Below, in pieces: positions 1-7,752 of a DNA stretch of 59,259 nucleotides. How positions within the stretch are numbered: the first letter of the stretch is position 1; each line of letters opens with the position of its first letter. A model generated the notes under the pieces. It saw only the letters and a list, made by a program, of their open reading frames with translations, did not search any database and had not been told where the DNA came from. Source of the stretch: Candidatus Nomurabacteria bacterium GW2011_GWE1_32_28 (GTDB lineage: Bacteria > Patescibacteriota > Minisyncoccia > Phycocordibacterales > UBA9973). The stretch spans positions 1-59,259 of the forward strand of contig LBOM01000001.1 of the NCBI GenBank assembly GCA_000989515.1, in the 5' to 3' direction. A program made the translations under genes and the position numbers.

Positions 1-990
1 AACAATATTTCTTGAATTTAATATTGAGTAGCTTGTATCAGAATTAATATTTAAATAGGCGTTCCCACCATCCATGTCATCACCAATATTTACCACATTT
101 GCTCCATTAGATGTAGTAACTTTAAAATAATTTCTATTATTATTTTCAAATCTTGCATCACCTATCAATGTAAGTTTTTGAGCTGGCCCCGTCGTCCCGA
201 TCCCGACGTTGCCAGTTGTTAATATAGTCATAGCAGTAGTTCCTAAATTCCATGTATCACTATTTACAGCAAAAGTTAGATTCTTACCACTACCAGTTTG
301 AATTCTGGACTCAGAAGAAGAATTAGTTCCAATAGCAATTCTAGCATCACCAATAGTAACTACGTGTTGTCCAGCACCAGTACCTACTTGTAACTGTTGT
401 AATGGACTCGTCGTCCCGATGCCGAGTCTTGCGTTGCTATTATCCCAAAAGAAATTTGAAGAGAATGAAGTAGTATTCGCAGCTGTTTGGAAGGGAACAT
501 ATCCAGCAGAACCGCCAATAATATTTATTGCATTTTCAGCCACTACTGCACTTGGAACAGAGCCGAGTTTTTTACGAGGAGTCATTTCTCCATCCCAAAC
601 AGGAGTCAAATCTACTCCTCCGATATTTACACCCAAGTAAAGAGTTTGATTAAAATCTACTGAGGTTAATGCTGTCACTTCTCCGAGAAGAACGCTAAAA
701 AGTCCGCTTGTTACTTGTACTCTATTTGTTGTCGTTCTCGTTTCTGTCCATAAAGCCACTCCTCCAGTACTCACATCGTAAAGTACAAATTCCATATTAT
801 AAATACCATCAGCTACAGCTACTCCACTTGCGTTTGTGAGTTTACCTTGATAGTTGATTTGTTTATTTATAGCAGCATGTGATGTAGAAAAAGGGGAGAG
901 TAGAAAAAATAAAATTAAAAACAAAATAAAGAAATTCTTTTTTGATTTATAAAAATTTTTTATTTTAATTTGTAATTTGGGATTTAACAT
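1..990 (-). CDS. large secreted surface/adhesin-like protein, N-terminal part (gene continues beyond position 1)
   Basis: My own minus-strand translation from ATG 990-988 stays open for 330 codons to the window edge. It reads MLNPKLQIKIKNFYKSKKNFFILFLILFFLLSPFSTSHAAINKQINYQGKL..., giving a signal peptide, an INYQGKL-type domain and repeated GIGTT(S/G)P motifs. It is absent from the ORF track because it has no stop in the window. Confidence 0.7.
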   Translation of the reverse strand, partial: MLNPKLQIKIKNFYKSKKNFFILFLILFFLLSPFSTSHAAINKQINYQGKLTNASGVAVADGIYNMEFVLYDVSTGGVALWTETRTTTNRVQVTSGLFSVLLGEVTALTSVDFNQTLYLGVNIGGVDLTPVWDGEMTPRKKLGSVPSAVVAENAINIIGGSAGYVPFQTAANTTSFSSNFFWDNSNARLGIGTTSPLQQLQVGTGAGQHVVTIGDARIAIGTNSSSESRIQTGSGKNLTFAVNSDTWNLGTTAMTILTTGNVGIGTTGPAQKLTLIGDARFENNNRNYFKVTTSNGANVVNIGDDMDGGNAYLNINSDTSYSILNSRNIV

Positions 991-1090
991 TTTTTTTATC
1001 TTCAATTTTATTGAACGTCAGATTATTTTTTTATTTTTAAACTTCTTTGTTGGTGAGGTAAAGAATTTTGTTTTGTATTTGCATTTTTTA

Positions 1091-1125
1091 AAATTCGTAA
1101 TTCGTAATTGTTAATTCGTAATTTT
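1091..1125. repeat. tandem CGTAATT (complement of AATTACG) heptad repeat, intergenic copy
   Basis: aaattcgtaattcgtaattgttaattcgtaatttt nearly matches the right arm of the 16S insertion (41779-41810). Confidence 0.8.
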
Positions 1126-1127
1126 CT

Positions 1128-1487
1128 TTACTCAATTATTTCTATATCAGAAGAAAGTGTCTTTTTAACTTCTTCTGAAATTATTTTCTTATTTTTTCCA
1201 TAAAGATATATGCCAAAGAAAAGGGAACACACAAGAAGTATCCCTGTTATTACAAAAATTTTTTTTGTTTTCTTTTGTGATAAGAAATCTCCAACAGCGA
1301 GCTTGTTGTGACGAATTTTTTGTTTAAAAATGTAATTATTTATTTCTTCTTCAGTGGTAAACCAATTACCTCCTATTTTTCTTCCTTTTATCTCCTTTTT
1401 TCGTATTAGAGAGCTTAAATAGTCTGAATGGTATCCAGTAATCTTTGATGCTTGATTTAGTGATATAATTTTTTTAAGATTTTCCAT
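1128..1487 (-). CDS. membrane-anchored helix-turn-helix protein (excisionase/MerR-like HTH followed by one TM helix)
   Basis: The N-terminal LNQASKITGYHSDYLSSLIRKKEIKGRKIGGNWFTTEEEI looks like an HTH_17-type motif. The hydrophobic segment IFVITGILLVCSLFFGIYLY follows. Confidence 0.55.
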   Translation of the reverse strand: MENLKKIISLNQASKITGYHSDYLSSLIRKKEIKGRKIGGNWFTTEEEINNYIFKQKIRHNKLAVGDFLSQKKTKKIFVITGILLVCSLFFGIYLYGKNKKIISEEVKKTLSSDIEIIE

Positions 1488-1626
1488 TTTTATAAAGATA
1501 TATAATAGTTTGTCGGATAGACGATATTCAAAAAAGATGTATCTCGTACAAACGATATTTTTTTATACCCTTATATTATAGTGTATTGTACACAGCATAT
1601 CCACTAGTTATCCACATTTCTAATAC

Positions 1627-1668
1627 AAAAAGGACCTATTAAAAAGTATTTTTTAATAGGTCCTTTTT
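1627..1668 (-). terminator. perfect 19-bp hairpin with A/T tracts (bidirectional-type intrinsic terminator)
   Basis: aaaaaggacctattaaaaa-gtat-tttttaataggtccttttt lies directly after the stop of the 1679..3031 gene. Confidence 0.7.
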
Positions 1669-1678
1669 AGCCTTATTT

Positions 1679-3031
1679 TTATTGATTTTTGTGCTTTTTC
1701 TTAAGGTAGACAAGCAATAACAAAAGTGTTAGAAGTAGAATTAATATATATATGTAGTTTTTATATAAAATACCGGTGATTTTTTGAGGAGGATTTTGAT
1801 TTTCTTGTGTTGTTTTTTCTTCAACAAAAAGTGATCCCTCATTAATTTTTGTTAAAATATTTTCTTTGTATCTGTAAATTTTTATAGTATAAGTTTCTGA
1901 TTTTTCTAGTGGGGGAATGACGCCTTCGTAGCGTCCACTGTCTGAATTGAATGAGAATAAATATTGTCCGATAACTTCACCTTTTTCATTTGTAACTATT
2001 ATTAAGTCATCAGAGAATGTTTTTACATTTGTATCAATTACTGTATTTTTATTTTTATCTATTGTTATACTTTTTATATCTGTGAGTAATTCTACAATTT
2101 GATTGTATTGATGTACAAAAAAGTTTTCTGTTGTTTTTATTTCTGTCTCTAACGTTTCTGTTGTAGTTTCTTCTAGCTCTTCTTTTTTTGTTTCTTCATC
2201 AATTTCTTTATCTGAATATGCAATTTGAGAAACTCCGACACCTCCAGAAAATCTTTTTTGATTATCTCTAGCAAATAAAACATAATAATATTTTTTACCG
2301 GCTATAACGTTTTTGTCCAAGAATTTCTCTTTAGTGCCTTCATAGATTAATTTACCTAAGGTTGGGTCTCCTCTTAATCGGTCTTCATGTCTCATGATAC
2401 GAACATATAAGAAATTTTCATCTGGTGGATTTTCCCAAGTAATATTGATTCCAGAAATATCAGCTGATGTTTTTACATTACGAGGACTCAAGGGGAGTGA
2501 TGTATCTTTTAGGAATTTTGTAAAGAAATAATTTGTTGGGTAAATATTAATCTTTCCATTAGCACTCTGACTTTCAATACTAAAATAATAAAGAGTGCCT
2601 GATTTTAAGTTTATTAATTCTGCTTTATGGTTTATGTCAAAAACAATACTACTCAATGTGCCTTCTTTTAATTCTGCAGTTTCTCCCCATTTTATTGTAC
2701 TTCTTGTACCAATAGAGCTTTTCCAACTAATGGTAGCTTTAGTAAAATCTGGTTCTATCTTTAGGTCTATTATTGATATGTCTGGATATATAATACCAGG
2801 GACACCATCGTTAGGAGGAGGAGGTGGTGGTGTACAATCTGAAGGACAACTAAGCAACGATTCATCTGATTCACATATTCCATTATTATTACAACCACTC
2901 ACACCTAGATCTACTTGTATAGAATTTGTTTGTGCATTTATTACTGGAATGTAAATATTTATCGAAAATAGTATGCCGAATGAAACAAATAATCTTAATA
3001 TCTTGTTTTGTCTTTTAGGTACTCCTGACAT
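1679..3031 (-). CDS. secreted cell-surface protein with Cys-rich region, poly-Pro linker, fibronectin-III-like repeats and a C-terminal TM anchor
   Basis: Signal peptide, CPSDCTPPPPPPNDG, FN3-like blocks (ATISWKS...TLYYFSI; INITWENPPD...YYYVLFA), and C-terminal YIYILILLLTLLLLLVYL. Confidence 0.6.
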   Translation of the reverse strand: MSGVPKRQNKILRLFVSFGILFSINIYIPVINAQTNSIQVDLGVSGCNNNGICESDESLLSCPSDCTPPPPPPNDGVPGIIYPDISIIDLKIEPDFTKATISWKSSIGTRSTIKWGETAELKEGTLSSIVFDINHKAELINLKSGTLYYFSIESQSANGKINIYPTNYFFTKFLKDTSLPLSPRNVKTSADISGINITWENPPDENFLYVRIMRHEDRLRGDPTLGKLIYEGTKEKFLDKNVIAGKKYYYVLFARDNQKRFSGGVGVSQIAYSDKEIDEETKKEELEETTTETLETEIKTTENFFVHQYNQIVELLTDIKSITIDKNKNTVIDTNVKTFSDDLIIVTNEKGEVIGQYLFSFNSDSGRYEGVIPPLEKSETYTIKIYRYKENILTKINEGSLFVEEKTTQENQNPPQKITGILYKNYIYILILLLTLLLLLVYLKKKHKNQ

Positions 3032-3070
3032 ATTTTTTATAATTAAAAAACTTTTTAACTTCGTAACTGA

Positions 3071-3850
3071 TTATAGTGTTATGGCTGTGACAATAATAGG
3101 GGCAGAATATGCACCAGAGGTCTGTATGTGGTCTGCTCCAGATTCTGCACGAAAACGAACAGTAGCAGTGCTTCCTCCTTCGTGGTTGCTAGTATTTCTT
3201 TGGAATATTGTTTTTGATGTAGTAGAAAGACCATCCCAGCACTTGGAGCTAGTTTCTCCTGATCCTGAATTACAGATAGAACCATTGTCTAAAAAACGAG
3301 TAGATGTATCAATCCCTTCTGGTGAAAATCCGAATGCTGATGTAGTCGAAGCTATAGAGAAATTATAATCTGGGTCAGATCCTGTTGGTGTATAATCATC
3401 AAAAGAATCTTCCAGTGAAGTCAAAGCTGGTGTTGAGGCTGATTTTATATTCATACTATATCCGGCAAAATTATCTGTTGTTACTTGCCAAACTAATGTA
3501 CCTTCACTTGCTTCACCCGTTATCCCGCCGATAGAAGATAATTCTAGATCGGCAGGAGATGTGATGGCTATATAACTTTTTTGCATTTGCCAAAATCCTG
3601 CGTGTAAAAAGTAATTATTACTATTGGAATCCCCAGTACCTATTTCTCCTAATGTATCACCGAGCATATAATTAGAAGAATTTGAAGAATCTTCTCCTCC
3701 AGCATTTATGCTATCAGACATCATTTTATAGGTATTGCTTTGCATTACTTGTGCAAAAAGCGTATTAGAAGATATTATATTTATTATAATAATAATTAAA
3801 ATAAATAATAAAATTTCTACTCTTATTTTTTTTAAAAAAGATATATTCAT
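3071..3850 (-). CDS. secreted beta-rich surface protein, WxL-like/SCPU-like (paralog of 4839..5489)
   Basis: Signal peptide. AGYSMNIKSASTPALTS and C-terminal GAYSAPIIVTAITL align with LGYTLAVKASASPALVS and GTYTATITATATTL of the 4839..5489 product. Confidence 0.55.
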   Translation of the reverse strand: MNISFLKKIRVEILLFILIIIIINIISSNTLFAQVMQSNTYKMMSDSINAGGEDSSNSSNYMLGDTLGEIGTGDSNSNNYFLHAGFWQMQKSYIAITSPADLELSSIGGITGEASEGTLVWQVTTDNFAGYSMNIKSASTPALTSLEDSFDDYTPTGSDPDYNFSIASTTSAFGFSPEGIDTSTRFLDNGSICNSGSGETSSKCWDGLSTTSKTIFQRNTSNHEGGSTATVRFRAESGADHIQTSGAYSAPIIVTAITL

Positions 3851-3860
3851 TTTTATTTTT

Positions 3861-4823
3861 TTATTTCTTCTTTAGTTCAAAACGTGTAAAGAAATAATAC
3901 AAGAATAAAACAATGAGTATAATGCCTGCAAATATAGGAATCAATATCTTCCATGGTATTACCCAAAAAACTATCTTGTCTTCTGTGTACTCTTCGTTAT
4001 AGCCTTTATTTAAAGATAGATTTGCTGTATAACGACCAACACTAAAACCATTACTCCAATTTATTTCTCTATATCTTATAGAATCTGGAAGAACAAAATA
4101 TGCATCTACGGGTAATGTATCTACAGTTTGACCAAACATATTTTTTATTTTTATTGTTCCGTATGGTACGAGGTGTACATTACCATTATTTTTAAATGCA
4201 ATTTCAAATCCTGTTGGTCTTTTGCTGTAAAATAACTGTGTCGGTCCAAGTAATTTAAAATCTTCAATTGATCCTTCTTCTTTTCCTTCGCCATTTATTT
4301 TAAGTAAAAATAACGAACCAATTCTAGAAATGATTCGTGTTTTTCCTTGTACTTCTAATGAATTTTCATTATCTAATTTATCAGGATCATTAGAAATAAT
4401 GAGCGCTCCATAATATCCTCTTGGTTCTGCATTTTTTGGGATAGATATTGTTACAGGAATGACTATTTTTTCTCCAAATTCAAGAGTAAATTCTTCAATC
4501 TCTGGAATGATTAAATCTTTTAAAGAATATGGACTATGGTTATCTCCTAAAAGTACTACTGGTTGCTTCGGATCATTGGTACCTATAAAATCTTCTGTAC
4601 TGAGTCTAAATTTGACAGCTTTATCTATGCGATTAGTGATAGTAATATTTTTGACTATGTTATCTCCAGGATTTAAAAGTATTTCTGTTTTTCCTGGTTC
4701 TACTACGAAATCGTTTTGGGGAATCATCTCTATTTTACTTTTTTCAAAAGCAAATAAATACTCTGGTGTAATTATACTACCAAAAATGATGGATATGATT
4801 ATTATATAAAAAATCTTTTTCAT
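3861..4823 (-). CDS. cell-surface protein with C-terminal TM anchor, DUF916/DUF3324-like (WxL-locus partner type)
   Basis: Signal peptide, two beta-sandwich-like halves (NITITNRIDKAVKFRL; FEIAFKNNGNVHLVPYGTIKIKN) and the C-terminal TM IPIFAGIILIVLFLYYFF. The family assignment is from memory of the architecture. Confidence 0.5.
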   Translation of the reverse strand: MKKIFYIIIISIIFGSIITPEYLFAFEKSKIEMIPQNDFVVEPGKTEILLNPGDNIVKNITITNRIDKAVKFRLSTEDFIGTNDPKQPVVLLGDNHSPYSLKDLIIPEIEEFTLEFGEKIVIPVTISIPKNAEPRGYYGALIISNDPDKLDNENSLEVQGKTRIISRIGSLFLLKINGEGKEEGSIEDFKLLGPTQLFYSKRPTGFEIAFKNNGNVHLVPYGTIKIKNMFGQTVDTLPVDAYFVLPDSIRYREINWSNGFSVGRYTANLSLNKGYNEEYTEDKIVFWVIPWKILIPIFAGIILIVLFLYYFFTRFELKKK

Positions 4824-4838
4824 AAAAAGGATAAAAAC

Positions 4839-5489
4839 TTAAAGAGTTGTAGCTGTCGCTGTGATCGTTGCAGTATAAGTTCCAGAAGGTGCATATACTG
4901 TATTTTGTGCAGCTGCAAAACATATTGTTGTCGTTATCCCAGTAGTAGGAGTGACAGTGGCTCTTGTGGCAATAGTATTGTCTGATGTCGTAAAACCATC
5001 ATATTTTTGAGCAGCAGCAGGTACACCAGCAGCTCCACAAGAAGCAGATGTTCCCCATGTAGCTGTAGGTGTATCTGTACCGTATGCTGAATATCCAAAT
5101 TCTTTAGTACCACTTGCTATTGACCATATGTCTGGAGTTCCAGGAACTGCTTCAGTATAATCAGCAAATGAATTTGCTCCACTTACTAATGCAGGAGAAG
5201 CAGATGCTTTTACTGCTAAAGTATATCCGAGAGCTGAATTTGTTTTTACAAGCCAAGAAGAAGATCCGATAGAGGAGTCTGCAGATATTCCTAGAGCAGG
5301 AGCCATCGTGACAGCTGCACCATCTGAGATAGTGATGCCAGAAGTGACATCAAGTGTCACGATGACATCGTCAGTATCTGTAGCTGCAATTGCAGTTTTT
5401 ATAATTGAATAAAATTGAACAATAAAAAAAGAGAAGAGAGTAAAAATACCGACTACAATTTTTTTATTTAAATAAATTTTTGTTTTCAT
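4839..5489 (-). CDS. secreted beta-rich surface protein, WxL-like/SCPU-like (paralog of 3071..3850)
   Basis: Signal peptide ending AIAATD, a Thr/Ala/Gly-rich body, and C-terminal SGTYTATITATATTL. Confidence 0.55.
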   Translation of the reverse strand: MKTKIYLNKKIVVGIFTLFSFFIVQFYSIIKTAIAATDTDDVIVTLDVTSGITISDGAAVTMAPALGISADSSIGSSSWLVKTNSALGYTLAVKASASPALVSGANSFADYTEAVPGTPDIWSIASGTKEFGYSAYGTDTPTATWGTSASCGAAGVPAAAQKYDGFTTSDNTIATRATVTPTTGITTTICFAAAQNTVYAPSGTYTATITATATTL

Positions 5490-5563
5490 TTTTTAAAAAT
5501 TAAATTAAAATACTAATTTGCTTTCTTAAGTATAAAGATTTTTTTTATTTAAGCAAAGTGCTT

Positions 5564-5590
5564 TTATCCACCTTATTCACACTTTCCACA
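5564..5590 (+). promoter_or_regulatory. three abutting DnaA-box-like 9-mers
   Basis: TTATCCACC TTATTCACA CTTTCCACA compared with the consensus TTATNCACA. They lie in the divergent intergenic region between the surface-protein operon and the tRNA-prfB unit. Confidence 0.3.
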
Positions 5591-5627
5591 GTTATAAGAA
5601 TTTCTTGTTTTTCTTTTGAAAAATTTT

Positions 5628-5656
5628 TTGCAAAATAGATAAAAATAAACTAAGAT
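5628..5656 (+). promoter_or_regulatory. candidate sigma-70 promoter for the tRNA-Thr/tRNA-Thr/prfB unit
   Basis: TTGCAA, 17-nt spacer, TAAGAT, about 30 nt upstream of the first tRNA. Confidence 0.4.
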
Positions 5657-5687
5657 AATGTGGTAATTTATTTTTTTTGTTTATTAT

Positions 5688-5760
5688 GCCGTTGTAGCTC
5701 AGTTGGTAGAGCACGATATTGGTAATATCGAGGTCCGCAGTTCAATCCTGCGCAACGGCT
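5688..5760 (+). tRNA. tRNA-Thr (anticodon GGT)
   Basis: Hand-folded cloverleaf: acceptor gccgttg/caacggc, D arm gctc-agttggta-gagc, anticodon arm cgata-ttGGTaa-tatcg, T arm cgcag-ttcaatc-ctgcg. No encoded CCA. Confidence 0.9.
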
Positions 5761-5771
5761 CTAGAATGGTG

Positions 5772-5844
5772 GCCACCCTAGCTCAGTTGGTAGAGCACGT
5801 CTTTCGTAAAGACGGGGTCCCGAGTTCGATCCTCGGGGGTGGCT
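5772..5844 (+). tRNA. tRNA-Thr (anticodon CGT)
   Basis: Acceptor gccaccc/gggtggc, anticodon arm cgtct-ttCGTaa-agacg, T arm ccgag-ttcgatc-ctcgg. No encoded CCA. Confidence 0.9.
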
Positions 5845-5845
5845 C

Positions 5846-6727
5846 ATGGAAAAAGAAAACATAGAAAAAGAAATAAAAGAATTAGAAGCTCAAACACAAG
5901 ATATATCTTTTTGGAGTGATAAAAATAAAGCACAAGAAATTTTGAAAGAGATTTCAGAATTAAAAGATAAACTTGTTGGTGCAAAAAAATATGACAAAGG
6001 TAATGCGATCATTACCATAGTGTCTGGTGCTGGTGGTGATGATGCTGAAGATTTTTCTTCGATGCTTTTAAATATGTATATGAAATATGCTAGCAAGAAT
6101 GGATGGGAAATATTTTTTATTCACGAACACAAAAATGATCATGGTGGTTATAGGAATGTTTCTTTCGAAGTAAAAGGTAAAAATGCTTATGGAATGCTAA
6201 AGAATGAATCTGGTGTGCATCGCTTAGTACGCATTTCTCCATTTAATTCCAAAAAGTTGAGACATACCTCTTTTTCTCTCATAGAAGTGTTGCCAAAATT
6301 TTCAAAATTAGAAGAAAAAGATTTTAATATTTCACTCGCAGATATAAAGATAGAATATAGTCGTTCTGGTGGGCCTGGTGGACAAAATGTAAATAAGAGA
6401 GAGACAGCAGTTCGTTTAGTACATATACCTACCAATATTTCATCTCATTCATCAGAAGAAAGATCTCAAGAACAAAACAAAGAAAGAGCAATGGCTATTC
6501 TTTTGGCAAAAATATTTAAAAAAGCAGAAGAAGAACAGAAAAGCATAGAGGAAATTTATAACAAAAATTATGGTACTGACATAGAGTGGGGAAGTCAGAT
6601 ACGTTCTTATGTATTGCATCCATATAAAATGGTAAAAGATCATCGTACAGAAGCGGAGACTTCAAGAGTAGATGAGATTTTAGATGGCGACATAGACTTA
6701 TTTATTGAGGCAGAAAAAAATCTATAA
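5846..6727 (+). CDS. prfB: peptide chain release factor 2, short form without frameshift site
   Basis: SPF motif (VRISPFNS), GGQ motif (SGGPGGQNVNK), and WGSQIRSYVLHPY. 293 aa. Confidence 0.9.
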   Translation: MEKENIEKEIKELEAQTQDISFWSDKNKAQEILKEISELKDKLVGAKKYDKGNAIITIVSGAGGDDAEDFSSMLLNMYMKYASKNGWEIFFIHEHKNDHGGYRNVSFEVKGKNAYGMLKNESGVHRLVRISPFNSKKLRHTSFSLIEVLPKFSKLEEKDFNISLADIKIEYSRSGGPGGQNVNKRETAVRLVHIPTNISSHSSEERSQEQNKERAMAILLAKIFKKAEEEQKSIEEIYNKNYGTDIEWGSQIRSYVLHPYKMVKDHRTEAETSRVDEILDGDIDLFIEAEKNL

Positions 6728-6786
6728 ATATATAAATAAATATATATAAAAATATATATAAAAAATCTATAAAAGAATTATCTCTA

Positions 6787-6818
6787 TCTACAAACACTGC
6801 TATCGCTAGGTTTGTAGA
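6787..6818. repeat. 32-nt hairpin repeat, copy 1 (9-bp stem tctacaaac/gtttgtaga, 14-nt loop)
   Basis: tctacaaacactgctatcgctaggtttgtaga differs at one position from the copy at 7339..7370. Confidence 0.9.
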
Positions 6819-6835
6819 CATGTTATCATGTATAT

Positions 6836-7333
6836 ATGAAAAATACTTTTGCGGCTGTTATATTGAAAGAATTTTTACAGCCTAGATTTAGATATAAAGG
6901 TATGCCTGTTAATTTACTAGGATTCCCTGTTTTAGATAATAAAAAATTTAATAGAGTTAAATTATCAAAACAAATTTATCGTTTGAAACAAAAAGAATTT
7001 ATTAAAAAAGAAGGTCATTTTTTACATGTAACCTTGAAGGGTAAAGAATATGTAAAAAGAAAACAAGAAAGCCTTTCTTTGTTTGAATCTAAAAATTTTA
7101 AATCAGAAAAAAAAGATCTTATTGTTATGTTTGATATTCCTGAAAGTAAAAAAGCAGAAAGAGAATGGTTTCGTTTTCATTTAAAAAAATTTGGATATTT
7201 AATGATACAGAGAAGTGTCTGGGTTGGACCTTCTCCACTTCCTGGTGATTTTTTAGATTATTTAAAAGAGATAAAACTTAAGATCTGTGTAAAAACTTTT
7301 AAATTAGCAAAGTCATATAAAGACAAAGATTAG
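6836..7333 (+). CDS. PaaX-like regulator: winged-helix N-terminus plus Cas2-fold domain
   Basis: The C-terminal half LIVMFDIPESKKAEREWFRFHLKKFGYLMIQRSVWVGP matches the Cas2/PaaX-central-domain pattern (xxYDIpe..R..f...L...G...Q.SVW). The N-terminal half looks like a wHTH. Confidence 0.55.
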   Translation: MKNTFAAVILKEFLQPRFRYKGMPVNLLGFPVLDNKKFNRVKLSKQIYRLKQKEFIKKEGHFLHVTLKGKEYVKRKQESLSLFESKNFKSEKKDLIVMFDIPESKKAEREWFRFHLKKFGYLMIQRSVWVGPSPLPGDFLDYLKEIKLKICVKTFKLAKSYKDKD

Positions 7334-7338
7334 CATTG

Positions 7339-7370
7339 TCTACAAACATTGCTATCGCTAGGTTTGTAGA
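7339..7370. repeat. 32-nt hairpin repeat, copy 2
   Basis: tctacaaacattgctatcgctaggtttgtaga begins 6 nt after the stop of the 6836..7333 gene. Confidence 0.9.
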
Positions 7371-7424
7371 TGTAAATAAAAAAGGAAGCTAGATAGCCTC
7401 CTTTAATTTGTGTAGAAAATGACT

Positions 7425-7640
7425 TTAATAATTTGCTCGAAATATAAGTAGCAATATTATTATTATTAAAAAAAGAGCCCTTGATGAATAGATAATACCA
7501 AGTTTGTCTTTTTTTAATATTGCTATAAATAAAGTAATTGATCCACTTATTAAACATATAGATGAAATTCGAAATAATTCAGTACCCAAAGCCACAAATA
7601 GTGCTAATATTATTGTTATATAAGGGTTTAATTTTTTCAA
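7425..7640 (-). CDS. small two-TM membrane protein (TTG start)
   Basis: Hydrophobic 71-aa ORF. GAGGTGA lies 4 nt upstream of the TTG start. Confidence 0.4.
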   Translation of the reverse strand: MKKLNPYITIILALFVALGTELFRISSICLISGSITLFIAILKKDKLGIIYSSRALFLIIIILLLIFRANY

Positions 7641-7752
7641 GGTTCACCTCGTATTTGTTCTTTTTCTGATTTTTAGATTACAACTTTTTATAAAAAAAAC
7701 AAGTATTATGTAATTATTTTGAGCGTTTTTCTTTTTGTGTTAAAATAGGAAG

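Noticed and set aside
963-990. ttaatttgtaattt at the 5' end of the large surface-protein gene as another heptad-family copy
   Set aside because: The similarity to AATTACG repeats is weak (no CG) and is expected from AT-rich Lys/Ile/Gln codons (KLQIKIK). It is not convincing as a repeat copy.
2595-3368. ORFs 2595..2954(+) and 2973..3368(+). Similar antisense ORFs: 419..640, 3079..3285, 4459..4809, 28329..28580, 53149..53586, 56409..56843, 25632..26264, 32421..32696
   Set aside because: Each overlaps, on the opposite strand or in another frame, a longer ORF with clear signal peptides or conserved motifs. Their compositions are odd and they have no motifs. I treated them as shadow ORFs.
5846-6727. 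UGA recoding (code 25 or 4, as in Gracilibacteria/Absconditabacteria) or the programmed +1 frameshift in prfB
   Set aside because: An RF2 with SPF and GGQ motifs is present. TGA ends well-conserved ORFs at the expected length (zwf at 26327, the FNR-like gene at 23582). A tRNA abuts the ATG, so there is no upstream short ORF or CUU-UGA site.
6728-6786. tatataaa-type low-complexity run after prfB
   Set aside because: It is simple AT-rich low-complexity sequence (tataaatatataaataaatatatataaaaatatatataaaaaa) without defined repeat units or pairing. It is probably just spacer or UP-element-like DNA.
6787-7370. Possible CRISPR array next to a Cas2-fold gene
   Set aside because: There are only two repeat copies, separated by about 520 bp that contain a complete gene. 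No regular repeat-spacer periodicity and no other cas genes are present. The Cas2-like domain is the PaaX-type regulator version.
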